Origin: Planctomycetota bacterium
GTDB taxonomy: Bacteria; Planctomycetota; GCA-002687715; DRQF01
Length of the DNA: 24,384 bases
NCBI GenBank assembly: GCA_027001995.1
Contig: JALTLO010000032.1
Span: 987 to 25,370, forward strand
Direction: 5' to 3'
Part shown: positions 1 to 8,135 of the stretch, one piece after another
Layout of the letters: every line of letters starts with the position of its first letter
Position numbering within the stretch: the stretch's first letter is position 1
The notes under the pieces: model-generated
Seen by the model: only the letters and a program-made list of their open reading frames with translations
Database searches by the model: none
Told to the model about the DNA's origin: nothing
Position numbers and translations under genes: made by a program

Positions 1-1
1 T

Positions 2-457
2 CGTAATTCAGACTCGAATCCTATGGTGGACGGAAGTTATGTCTTGACCAACTCAGATATCGACAAATATCTGACAATCATGGGGGAGATGCAGGCCCTT
101 GGCGAATCCCTAGAAGGAAACCCAAGCATGCTCGAAGCGTTCTCTGTCAATGGTGATGTGCGGTCTCTGCTCAACAAACACAACATCAAGGCCAATAAGT
201 TCGCCCAGATCCAAGCAGCAATCACTACAGCTATAGGGGCAACATTGATGACGGAAACGGCGCCCATGGGGAAGGACAGTTCCTTCCTGAAAAGCCTTGA
301 GAATTCTCCAGGCATGACTCCAGAGAAGTTGGCTGATATCCGTAGCAGGATGAAAGAGACGGCGGCTAAGGCACAATCAATTGCCTCTCAGGCTCCGGAA
401 TCGAATATCAGGCTGGTGAAGAGTCGGATGGAAGATTTGAAGAACTTGGGCAAGTAG
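2..457 (+). CDS. Hypothetical helical protein, probably 5'-truncated by the window edge
   Basis: The frame is open from position 2 (RNSDSNP before the ATG at 23) to TAG at 455-457. Composition is protein-like; no family recognised. Confidence 0.65.
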   Translation, partial: RNSDSNPMVDGSYVLTNSDIDKYLTIMGEMQALGESLEGNPSMLEAFSVNGDVRSLLNKHNIKANKFAQIQAAITTAIGATLMTETAPMGKDSSFLKSLENSPGMTPEKLADIRSRMKETAAKAQSIASQAPESNIRLVKSRMEDLKNLGK

Positions 458-522
458 TTTTTAGCAATGATGAATGGCGGCCAGACGGGTTTCGTCCGGG
501 AAGTTTGATTTTCCTCTTGCAG

Positions 523-529
523 AAAGGGG
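523..529 (+). promoter_or_regulatory. Shine-Dalgarno-like site for the MBOAT gene
   Basis: AAAGGGG ends 6 nt before ATC 536. Confidence 0.55.
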
Positions 530-535
530 CTCACG

Positions 536-1927
536 ATCGTTTTCTCCAGCGGCATATTTCTGTATTTCTTCTTGCCAATCTTCTTGGTGCTTTACTATTT
601 GAGCCCCCGGAAGCTGCGGTCCTATACCATTGCCGTGGCGAGTTATGTCTTCTATGGCTGGTGGCGTCCAGATTTTGTCGGTTTAATGCTTCTGTCAACG
701 GTTGTGGATTATACTTGCGGTTCAGGCGTCAAGAGGAAGCAACAAGAGGGTAAAACTGGGCGTTCATTCTTGATTCTCTCCTTGGTGACCAATCTCGGGC
801 TTCTTGCTTACTTCAAGTATGCCAACTTTGGTATCGACACTCTCAATAACATGTTGCTATCGGCAGACATGGAAACTGTCGGATGGACAAGGGTCGTATT
901 ACCCGTGGGAATCTCCTTCTATACGTTTCAGACTATTAGCTACACTGTTGACATCTACATGAAGCGCTCGAAACCTGTCAGAGCATTTCGCGACATGATG
1001 TGCTACGTTTCCATGTTTCCCCAATTGATCGCTGGTCCGATTGTCCGCTATGAGAGTGTGGCTGAACAGCTTCACAGCCGGACACACAGTTTGGCGAAGT
1101 TTTATCGTGGTGTGCTCTTCTTTCAATGCGGCTTTGCCAAAAAGCTCTTAATCGCCGATGTCTTAGCCCCTCTGGCCGATCAAGCTTTCAGTCTGCCAGA
1201 GTTGGCGATTGCTGATGCTTGGATCGGGGTTTCAGCCTATGCCATGCAGATCTATTTTGATTTTTCTGGCTACTCAGATATGGCCATCGGCTTGGGTTTG
1301 ATGATGGGTTTCTCATTTCCGGTTAATTTCAATTCACCTTATCGAGCCACGAGCATCACGGATTTTTGGCGTCGTTGGCATATATCTTTGTCTTCTTTCT
1401 TGAGGGACTATCTCTACTTTCCGCTGGGGGGCAACCGTCGTGGTGAGTTGCGCACCTACTTCAATCTTGTGGTTACCATGCTCCTGGGGGGACTTTGGCA
1501 TGGGGCAGCATGGACTTACATTTGCTGGGGGGCCTACCAAGGATTTTGGTTAGTGGTGGAGCGTCTCTTTGGCAAGAAGTCTATTTATCATCGGGCTCCA
1601 AGGATTCTTCGGATCGCCATTACTTTTGTACTGGTGCTGTTTGGATGGGTGTTCTTTCGAGCCACCGATCTTGAGGCCGCACTTTCTTATTGTGGAAACA
1701 TGATAGGAATCCGGGCTGGCCTAGAAGGGGGCCTCCTTCAGCTCCGCCCGATTTTTGCTTGTGGAGGTAGTGCCGCCGTTGTACTCATTTGGCTTACTCC
1801 AACCAGCCAAAAGCTCGTTCGCCGGGCTCATCCTGCTTACGTGTTGACCTTACAGTTTCTTTTTATCCTCGCATTGATGCATCTTCATTTTGAGAGTCAT
1901 GTCCCTTTCCTCTACTACCAATTCTAA
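536..1927 (+). CDS. algI: MBOAT family O-acyltransferase, AlgI/PatA/DltB type (polysaccharide O-acetylation)
   Basis: Motifs LPVGISFYTFQ, FPQLIAGPIVRY, QIYFDFSGYSDMAIG, FWRRWHISLS, LGGLWHGA (catalytic His) and C-terminal PFLYYQF. The family N-terminus (x)VFSSGIFLYFFLP starts at ATC 536, 36 nt upstream of the ORF-track TTG at 572. Confidence 0.95.
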   Translation: MVFSSGIFLYFFLPIFLVLYYLSPRKLRSYTIAVASYVFYGWWRPDFVGLMLLSTVVDYTCGSGVKRKQQEGKTGRSFLILSLVTNLGLLAYFKYANFGIDTLNNMLLSADMETVGWTRVVLPVGISFYTFQTISYTVDIYMKRSKPVRAFRDMMCYVSMFPQLIAGPIVRYESVAEQLHSRTHSLAKFYRGVLFFQCGFAKKLLIADVLAPLADQAFSLPELAIADAWIGVSAYAMQIYFDFSGYSDMAIGLGLMMGFSFPVNFNSPYRATSITDFWRRWHISLSSFLRDYLYFPLGGNRRGELRTYFNLVVTMLLGGLWHGAAWTYICWGAYQGFWLVVERLFGKKSIYHRAPRILRIAITFVLVLFGWVFFRATDLEAALSYCGNMIGIRAGLEGGLLQLRPIFACGGSAAVVLIWLTPTSQKLVRRAHPAYVLTLQFLFILALMHLHFESHVPFLYYQF

Positions 1928-3815
1928 CGACCATCAGGATGAGGCTGTCAGAGACGGCCTCATTGTTGCCCCTGATACCTTGCCTGGTCCTTTAAGCTAT
2001 GGCTTGGCGATTTTGGTGGTATTGCTTTTCTGCGTGCTGACTTTTGGCACGGGTGTGGTGGATACTCTTTGGCCCCTGCCAGAGCCGAAGTTGATCGGAA
2101 TTGAAGCGCAAAAAGCCCAAGCCGCTCAGGAGAACGCGCGTTTTCTGGACGGTAGCTTAGCTCGGCTTATCGAAGACCGCTGGAAAAGACGATCCCGTGT
2201 TCGAGGAGTTGTGGGGGCTCCCTATGCCTACTACCTGTATCGCTGGTTAAATGAAGGTTCCTCTGACCTGATCATTGGCAAAGATGGTTGGCTCTTTTTG
2301 AAGGAGCGGGTGTATCCCCGTGCAGATTCGGACGAATCCATTGCTTTGCTTGGAGCTTCCCGTGCTGCGTGCTTACAGCGTCGGTTTGCCAAACGCGGAT
2401 GCCGATTGATTACTATTCCTATTCCGCGGAAGTCTGTGATCGCCGCCAAGTATTTGCCTCGTGGAGTTCTGGCCCGCCCTCGCATCGATTCTCTTCTGGT
2501 GAGATACGCTTGGGATCTTGACGTGGAATGCATCGATCTTGTCGGCCCATTGATGGATACGGAGACAATCGACAATTACTACCAATGGGATTCTCATTGG
2601 AGCCATTTGGGGCAACGCAGAAGTGCTTATGAATGTTGTCGACAGTCTGGATTGCTCGTTGATGAAAAAGACAGCCCCTTCAAGCTCTATGATGCCCTCG
2701 ATCCTGCCCATGTGGGCCGCGACCTCTTGGCTAGCAACGGCATTACGGGCGAGTATTTCTCCAGAGAGGTCTTCGAATCGAAAGTCGAACATTTTACCGC
2801 GGTCGTGGGCCAGGTAGGCCCCAATAAGAGTTGGTGGATTCTCAACAAGGACGAACGCGGTTTGGAACGTGTCGTCTGTGGCACGAGTTTCACCGATGAT
2901 CGTTCCTTTTGGCAGTTCTTGTCTTTTTATGGTGGCAAGCAGGTCGAAAACGCTTCGCTTCCGGGGAGCCGCCCAGAAACAGTGATGCGTGAATTCTTGA
3001 AACGGCGCCTTGAATCGTTGCCAAGAGTCTTGTTCTGGGAAATGCCCAATCACTATCTCACCGGCCCAGGAGGTGGACGACTATCCCATTTTTATTCCGT
3101 CTACCGCCGATTGATTCCTAAGTCCGTTTGTCCGTTGCCTCAAGCTTCCAGTAAATCCACCTACCGTGGGTCTCCAGGAAAGAAAATTGCGACTTCAACT
3201 TGGAAAGTGATGGCCGAATGGAATCAATCTCCACTTCCTCACGATGGCACAGGGACGGTGTTGCTCGCCATCCGAGGCAGAGGGAAAGGGCTTCGTTTCG
3301 CTATTAAGACAGGAAAGAAAACGACGATATTAAACAATGTTAGTTTGAATGCCGGAGCTATCCTCTTTCCCTTGTTGGCTGGCCTTGAGGAGAATGGCAT
3401 AGAGGTTTCTGTGCGTTCCGAATCGGGGGCAGCCGAAAACTGGGAATTAGCCGAAGTGACCCTTGTTGCCGATGGCGATCTTAACGCAGCCTTGCGGTGG
3501 CAAAGAGGCAAAGTGGAGCGAACGACCGCTGGCGACTACCGTCAAATGATCACTTTCGGTGAAGATACCTTTGACGGTCCTTCAATCGTTTTGCTGCAAA
3601 TGGAAGGGAGCCCCAAAGCTTTGGAACTCATATTCCGCGGCCAAGCCGATGAAATTCTCAAAACTTGGTCTCTCGTTTCTCCCAACTACGAAGGCGAAAT
3701 TTTGATCGACGTACCCTGGGCTCGAGAACGGGGGTTCAAGTTTATCGAGGCCCGCTGGAGGGGAAGGAAAGAAAGCGGCATCCAAGACTTGAAGTGGATG
3801 CCACTGGCGGATTGA
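1899..3815 (+). CDS. AlgJ/AlgX-type SGNH-like O-acetyltransferase with N-terminal membrane anchor and long C-terminal beta-rich extension
   Basis: TM segment LAILVVLLFCVLTFG; motifs IIGKDGWLFL, IPIPRKS, YYQWDSHWSHLG (Asp/His) and VCGTSF (Ser). Overlaps the MBOAT 3' end by 29 nt from ATG 1899; the ORF track starts it at TTG 1890. Confidence 0.88.
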   Translation: MSLSSTTNSNDHQDEAVRDGLIVAPDTLPGPLSYGLAILVVLLFCVLTFGTGVVDTLWPLPEPKLIGIEAQKAQAAQENARFLDGSLARLIEDRWKRRSRVRGVVGAPYAYYLYRWLNEGSSDLIIGKDGWLFLKERVYPRADSDESIALLGASRAACLQRRFAKRGCRLITIPIPRKSVIAAKYLPRGVLARPRIDSLLVRYAWDLDVECIDLVGPLMDTETIDNYYQWDSHWSHLGQRRSAYECCRQSGLLVDEKDSPFKLYDALDPAHVGRDLLASNGITGEYFSREVFESKVEHFTAVVGQVGPNKSWWILNKDERGLERVVCGTSFTDDRSFWQFLSFYGGKQVENASLPGSRPETVMREFLKRRLESLPRVLFWEMPNHYLTGPGGGRLSHFYSVYRRLIPKSVCPLPQASSKSTYRGSPGKKIATSTWKVMAEWNQSPLPHDGTGTVLLAIRGRGKGLRFAIKTGKKTTILNNVSLNAGAILFPLLAGLEENGIEVSVRSESGAAENWELAEVTLVADGDLNAALRWQRGKVERTTAGDYRQMITFGEDTFDGPSIVLLQMEGSPKALELIFRGQADEILKTWSLVSPNYEGEILIDVPWARERGFKFIEARWRGRKESGIQDLKWMPLAD

Positions 3816-3888
3816 CTCTAACCCCAGATCGAGACTATAACGCCTCTATTGTTTGCTATGAGTCTCTTCCGACGACGATCAGCACAGC

Positions 3889-4356
3889 CTAAGGCATTTC
3901 GTATTCAAGATCTTCGTCGCCCATCGCTTGATACGTCGTCGTTCCATTTTCGTCATACAGTAGAAGGTATGCGCTTTTCGTCGCCGAAACTTCTGTCGAG
4001 CTGATCGTGCCGATTGTGTGACCGCTCACGTTGGAAACTGAGCCCGTCGCTTTCAGCTCCCATTCTGATGATTCAATCGTCCCGTCAGAATCTGTATCGT
4101 TTCCAACATACAATTTCAGAAAAGATATCTTGTTGATCGCACTGGCGTCAATCGTGACGTCAACATCGAAAGTCAAATCACTTACGTCGAGAGCCGTACG
4201 CCCGGCCGTAATGATCCAATCTTCGCTCCCGCCGCGAATCTCGACAGAATACTCCTGCTCATTCGCAATGTCATGGTATTCATCCAAGTTGAACGCGAGC
4301 GTTGAAGCAAATGAAGCTGCCACGAAACCTACGACCATCGCTGTAGTTTTCATCAT
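3889..4356 (-). CDS. Secreted acidic beta-rich hypothetical protein with a DxDxDG Ca-binding-type loop
   Basis: Signal-peptide-like N-terminus MMKTTAMVVGFVAASFASTLA; SD-like AAAGG upstream; loop DTDSDGTIESSE. Confidence 0.75.
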   Translation of the reverse strand: MMKTTAMVVGFVAASFASTLAFNLDEYHDIANEQEYSVEIRGGSEDWIITAGRTALDVSDLTFDVDVTIDASAINKISFLKLYVGNDTDSDGTIESSEWELKATGSVSNVSGHTIGTISSTEVSATKSAYLLLYDENGTTTYQAMGDEDLEYEMP

Positions 4357-4370
4357 GCCTATGAACCTTT

Positions 4371-4820
4371 CTATCGTAATCTGGATGCCGGAATTTCTTT
4401 GGTCACTCCGCTTTTCGAATAGGAAACTGTGATCTTTGTTGTATCTTCGTCAACGGCAATGCTGAGGTCGAACGGATCGGTGTCGTCCAAATCGTGAGAG
4501 GAACTGGTTTGCGCTGAGCCCCCGTTAAAAGCGGTGATGGTAATCGTTCCACTGTTAATACCAACTGATTGCGGGAAGAAAGTCGTGGTTATCTCGTCAT
4601 CACCTGTGCCTACTGCCTTCAATTTGGGAATGATGGCCAAATGAGGTCCTTCTTGATGTTTCTTTCCTTCAACTCCACCGCTAGAACAGGCAATTGGCAT
4701 AAAGAAGCCGATCATGGCACAGACAATTATCGGTGCACTAGATCTGACAACTCTCCTTATTCGACTTTTGCTTTTGCCAACTTGAGCACTCGAGACCCTA
4801 TCAGTTCTTTCATGATACAT
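4371..4820 (-). CDS. Putative small lipoprotein; start uncertain (ATG 4820, GTC 4748 or ATG 4715)
   Basis: Hydrophobic stretch then lipobox-like PIA|CSSGG and a Thr/Ser-rich beta domain. The stop lies 14 nt before the next gene. The upstream part of the 280-aa ORF call is antisense to the IS and is not credible. Confidence 0.6.
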   Translation of the reverse strand: MYHERTDRVSSAQVGKSKSRIRRVVRSSAPIIVCAMIGFFMPIACSSGGVEGKKHQEGPHLAIIPKLKAVGTGDDEITTTFFPQSVGINSGTITITAFNGGSAQTSSSHDLDDTDPFDLSIAVDEDTTKITVSYSKSGVTKEIPASRLR

Positions 4821-4992
4821 AAGTGGTTTTCCAATCTTAGGTTGCGGTTCAATTGTTGGTCTAACTTCTCTTCTGTAATTTCCTCTTTGGCCTTTCTTCT
4901 TGGCCGCGGGGCCCCAGGTGATGGCGAAGCCATTGTCTGGACGCGGCTCGGCTTTGCCGTCTTGGGCAAAGCCTTGGTTCCATGCTCGCTTC
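4757..4992 (-). pseudogene. Possible 3' remnant of a gene interrupted by the IS256 element
   Basis: The frame is open from the IS boundary to TAA 4759-4757 and encodes a Pro-rich linker plus charged helix (KEEITEEKLDQQLNRNLRLE...). Its stop overlaps a strong TAAGGAG SD, as in coupled operon genes. Confidence 0.35.
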
Positions 4993-5625
4993 GGGCATGG
5001 CGAGAAGTTTGGCTTGAATGAGCGAGCCATTTCCTGTCTCTTGCAGAAAGCTACTAATTCAAGGAACAGAAAAATGACTCGACCCACGAATGATTCTACT
5101 GTGGTGATGGAATGCGTTTTGGAACTACTTATCGAAAATGGCTTGGGTGCCATGGCCAAGTGCATGGAAATCCTCATGAATGAGGCCATGAGGCATGAGC
5201 GCTCGGCCTTCATTGGTGCTGGCCCCTATCAGCGGAGTGAAGCAAGGCATGGCTAGGCCAACGGCTACAAACCAAAGAGAATGGACACGCGAGCCGGTGA
5301 AGTCGAGCTAAGGATTCCTCAAGTCAGAGGGCTGGAAGAAGGTGGGGAACGACTTTATCTCTAAGCACTGGACCAAGGCCCTCGTGGTGAGCGGGCCTTG
5401 ATGCTGGCTGTGGCTGAGTCATATGTGCAGGGTGTCTCGACTCGCAAAGTTGCCGCCATCACTGAGAAACTTTGTGGTCTCACTATCAGCTCTATGCAGG
5501 TCTCACGGGCCGCCAAGCGCCTCGACGGGGAGTTGGAAACTTGGCGCAACCGCGCCATTGGAATGACCCGGTATCTCACTGTAGACGCAAAATACGTCAA
5601 GGTGCGCCATGGCGGCAGCGTCATT
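4993..5625 (+). mobile_element. Truncated IS256-family insertion sequence (left end plus 5' part of the transposase)
   Basis: Transposase remnant described below. The left end is placed approximately at GGGCATGGCGAGAAGTTTGGCTTGA. No right IR or target duplication was found. Confidence 0.8.
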
Positions 5626-5664
5626 GCTCAGACTCGTCTCCGCGATGCTCGCGGAGAAAAGTGA
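5074..5664 (+). pseudogene. IS256/Mutator-family transposase pseudogene
   Basis: One frame from ATG 5074 reads ...ERSAFIGAGPYQRSEARHG*ANGYKPKRMDTRAGEVELRIPQVR...LYL*ALDQG...AESYVQGVSTRKV...ISSMQVSR...WRNR...YLTVDAKYVKVRHGG. In-frame stops are TAG 5254-5256 and TAA 5362-5364. Similarity ends shortly after the first DDE Asp. Confidence 0.92.
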
Positions 5665-5748
5665 AGAATGGGAAACTGGACGAATCTATTTGAACATGGG
5701 ACAGAACTGACTTGCTCATGGAATTTACAGAAGAAATGTTGCGTCATC

Positions 5749-6669
5749 ATGGACAGTTCGGAAGTCGAGAACATTGTCACGACTCACGACGAGTTGCTTA
5801 AGGCTGACTTGTTTGGGCGGACATCGAATCTGGCTGCCAAGGAAACTGCACGATATGCGCAGGCCTTGCGGGAAGGGTTCGCTACGGTCAAGAGAACAGG
5901 GATTCTGACCAACAGCCAGATTCTTGAAATCCAGCAGATTCTTGAACAGAACCGGGCTGGATTCAGAAAGTTGCCGGGTACTGAATTAAAGAATCGCGAA
6001 ACAGGAGAAATTGTCTACACGCCGCCGCAGCACCATCAACAGATTGTAGAGTTGATGTCTGAGCTGGAGCGTTTCATGAACGAGGACGGGGAGGATGAAT
6101 GCGATCATCTCGTTAAAATGGCGCTGATCCATTTTCAATTCGAAAGTATACATCCGTTCTACGATGGCAATGGGCGAACAGGCCGCATTGTCAACATACT
6201 CTATTTGGTTTCTAAGGGGTTGCTGAAAATACCCGTGCTCTATCTCAGTCGCTACATCATCCAGCACAAATCGGAGTACTACCGTTTGCTCCAAATCGTT
6301 CGCGACAAGGGGGCTTGGGAAGAGTGGATACTCTACATGTTGCGGGGCATCGCTTCCACTTCCAAGCAGTCCATTGAGATTATTCTGGCCATCAAGGATC
6401 TGATGCTTCTGGTCAAACATCGTATCCGGAACAACCTTCCGAAAATCTATAGTCAGGACTTGCTCAACAACCTGTTCAGGTACCCTTACACCAAAATTGC
6501 CTATGTAATGAGGGATATCCAGGTTACCCGGATAACGGCCTCACGGTACTTGGATCTGTTGTCCGAGGAGGGAATCGTCGAGAAGCAGAAGCATGGGCGC
6601 GATAACTACTATATCAATAAAGCGTTGGTTGAGATTCTGCTCAACATTCCAAGGATGTCTTTAGAATAG
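5749..6669 (+). CDS. Fic family protein adenylyltransferase with C-terminal HTH, probably 5'-truncated
   Basis: Canonical Fic motif HPFYDGNGRTGR, inhibitory motif SSEVEN and a winged-HTH-like C-terminus (TRITASRYLDLL). Recognisable similarity starts at MDSSEVENIVTT (ATG 5749); the ORF track starts at 5668. Confidence 0.9.
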   Translation: MDSSEVENIVTTHDELLKADLFGRTSNLAAKETARYAQALREGFATVKRTGILTNSQILEIQQILEQNRAGFRKLPGTELKNRETGEIVYTPPQHHQQIVELMSELERFMNEDGEDECDHLVKMALIHFQFESIHPFYDGNGRTGRIVNILYLVSKGLLKIPVLYLSRYIIQHKSEYYRLLQIVRDKGAWEEWILYMLRGIASTSKQSIEIILAIKDLMLLVKHRIRNNLPKIYSQDLLNNLFRYPYTKIAYVMRDIQVTRITASRYLDLLSEEGIVEKQKHGRDNYYINKALVEILLNIPRMSLE

Positions 6670-6743
6670 GCTCGTTGCCCCCTCCAAGGCTCGGATTCTT
6701 GACTTTGACTTCTTATCAGAATCACCACCATTAGAATTGAACT

Positions 6744-7316
6744 CTAAATAAAGCGGGCTTGTTCTGGGCGGGAGACCAACATGCCTTCTTCGAGTGCTTT
6801 CGCCTTGTCGTCACCGCAAAGGGCGCGGACGAGTTCTAAGGCGAATTCGATGGACGTGCCTGGGCCGCGGCTGGTGATCAATTTGCCATCGACGACGACC
6901 CGGTCTTCAGCATAAGTTCCGTGAGGAAACTTGTCGCCGAAACCGGGATAGCTGGTGGCGCAACGACCTTCTGTAATCCCGCAGGGTCCCAAGGCGATGG
7001 GAGCTGCACAGATGGCGGAAAGCCAACCGTCGTTGTCTTTCACTTTCTTAAGGAGAGCTTGGACGTTGTCATCGGCCAAAAGGTTATCGGCACCTGGGAG
7101 GCCGCCGGGAAGGGCTACCATGTCGACATGGCGATCCCCTAAATCGGCCATCGTGGTGTCAACCGCGATACCCATGTTGTGGGCACCGCGGACGGTACCT
7201 GCTTCAAGGCCAGCGATCACCACTTCGACTTCGGCTCGCCTCAAGACATCAATGATGGTGGCGGCTTCAATTTCTTCGAAACCTGGTGCCAAGGGTACAA
7301 CAACAACTTTGCTCAT
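6744..7316 (-). CDS. DJ-1/PfpI family glyoxalase/deglycase (YajL/ThiJ-like)
   Basis: GFEEIEA, LPGGLPGA, nucleophile elbow AICAAP and TSRGPGT. ATG 7316 is preceded by a GGAG SD. Confidence 0.93.
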   Translation of the reverse strand: MSKVVVVPLAPGFEEIEAATIIDVLRRAEVEVVIAGLEAGTVRGAHNMGIAVDTTMADLGDRHVDMVALPGGLPGADNLLADDNVQALLKKVKDNDGWLSAICAAPIALGPCGITEGRCATSYPGFGDKFPHGTYAEDRVVVDGKLITSRGPGTSIEFALELVRALCGDDKAKALEEGMLVSRPEQARFI

Positions 7317-7335
7317 GTCTATTCTCCGTAGGGCT

Positions 7336-8124
7336 TTATCCGAGAAGCTCATCTAAGAATGGTCCCCATTCTGGGGAACGATCTGGGTGCGGTGTCGCAC
7401 AAAATCCGGGAAGAAGGGGATCTTCTCGGTTGAAAACGGGTTTGCTGCCATCTTTGAGGAGGACCAAACCTCCAGACGCAATCACCAAGGCGGCGCCAGC
7501 GGCTACGTCCCACTCGTTCTTGGGAACTAAGGTCCAAGTGGCGTCATAACGGCACCCAGCAACAACGCCGAGCTTGTAGGCCACAGAACCGCAGGGAACT
7601 ACTTTGAATTGAGAGTCGTTTTCGAAATGGTCCCATTCGCCTCTCTTGACTTCGCTTCTTGAAGCCAAGACTGTGGCTCCTGCTAAAGAAACGTTCTCTG
7701 GCATGGCGACTCTTTCGCCGTTATAGGTCACCCCTGTTTCTGTTGACCCCAAGATGATCTCTCCGGTTGCTGGGTTGGCAATGCCCCCAGCCACAGGTTG
7801 GCCGTCTTCGATGAGACCAATGGAGATCGACCATTCTGGGATACCAGTGACGAATTCCTTGGTGCCATCAATGGGGTCGACAATCCAGACCCGAGAGCAA
7901 GCGAGGCGTGTCTTGTCGTCAGCCGTTTCTTCCGAAAGCCAACCGTCGCCGGGTTGGGGCAGAACGTTCCTGAGAACGTCGTCGATTTTCTGGTCCGCCT
8001 CCGTAACAGGGCTTCCACCTTCTTTCTTCTTGACCTCAATGGTGGCCGCGTCGTATTGCTTGGCAATCTTTATTGTTTTCACCAGGGCGGCGTGAATTCT
8101 CTCAATATCATCATGACGAGAAAT
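7336..8124 (-). CDS. cysQ: 3'(2'),5'-bisphosphate nucleotidase CysQ / inositol monophosphatase family
   Basis: SPVTEAD, WLSEE, WIVDPIDGTKEF and EWDVAAG. Start proposed at ATT 8124, 7 nt after TAAGGAG; the first canonical start is GTG 8082. Confidence 0.88.
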   Translation of the reverse strand: MSRHDDIERIHAALVKTIKIAKQYDAATIEVKKKEGGSPVTEADQKIDDVLRNVLPQPGDGWLSEETADDKTRLACSRVWIVDPIDGTKEFVTGIPEWSISIGLIEDGQPVAGGIANPATGEIILGSTETGVTYNGERVAMPENVSLAGATVLASRSEVKRGEWDHFENDSQFKVVPCGSVAYKLGVVAGCRYDATWTLVPKNEWDVAAGAALVIASGGLVLLKDGSKPVFNREDPLLPGFCATPHPDRSPEWGPFLDELLG

Positions 8125-8135
8125 GGCTGTTCTCC

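Noticed and set aside
505..753. 82-aa ORF overlapping the MBOAT 5' end as a possible frameshifted N-terminus
   Set aside because: The conserved AlgI N-terminus is already in the MBOAT frame from 536, so no frameshift is needed.
514..5050. Identical 13-mer CTCTTGCAGAAAG at 514-526 and 5038-5050
   Set aside because: Several 13-mer matches are expected by chance in 24 kb, and the contexts are unrelated.
4821..5213. N-terminal extension of the 280-aa minus-strand ORF 4371..5213
   Set aside because: It is antisense to the IS256 transposase and IS end and is not protein-like.
5254..5364. In-frame stops in the transposase as recoding or an alternative genetic code
   Set aside because: There are two different stops (TAG and TAA) in a truncated gene, and TAG, TAA and TGA all end intact genes elsewhere in the window. 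This is ordinary decay.
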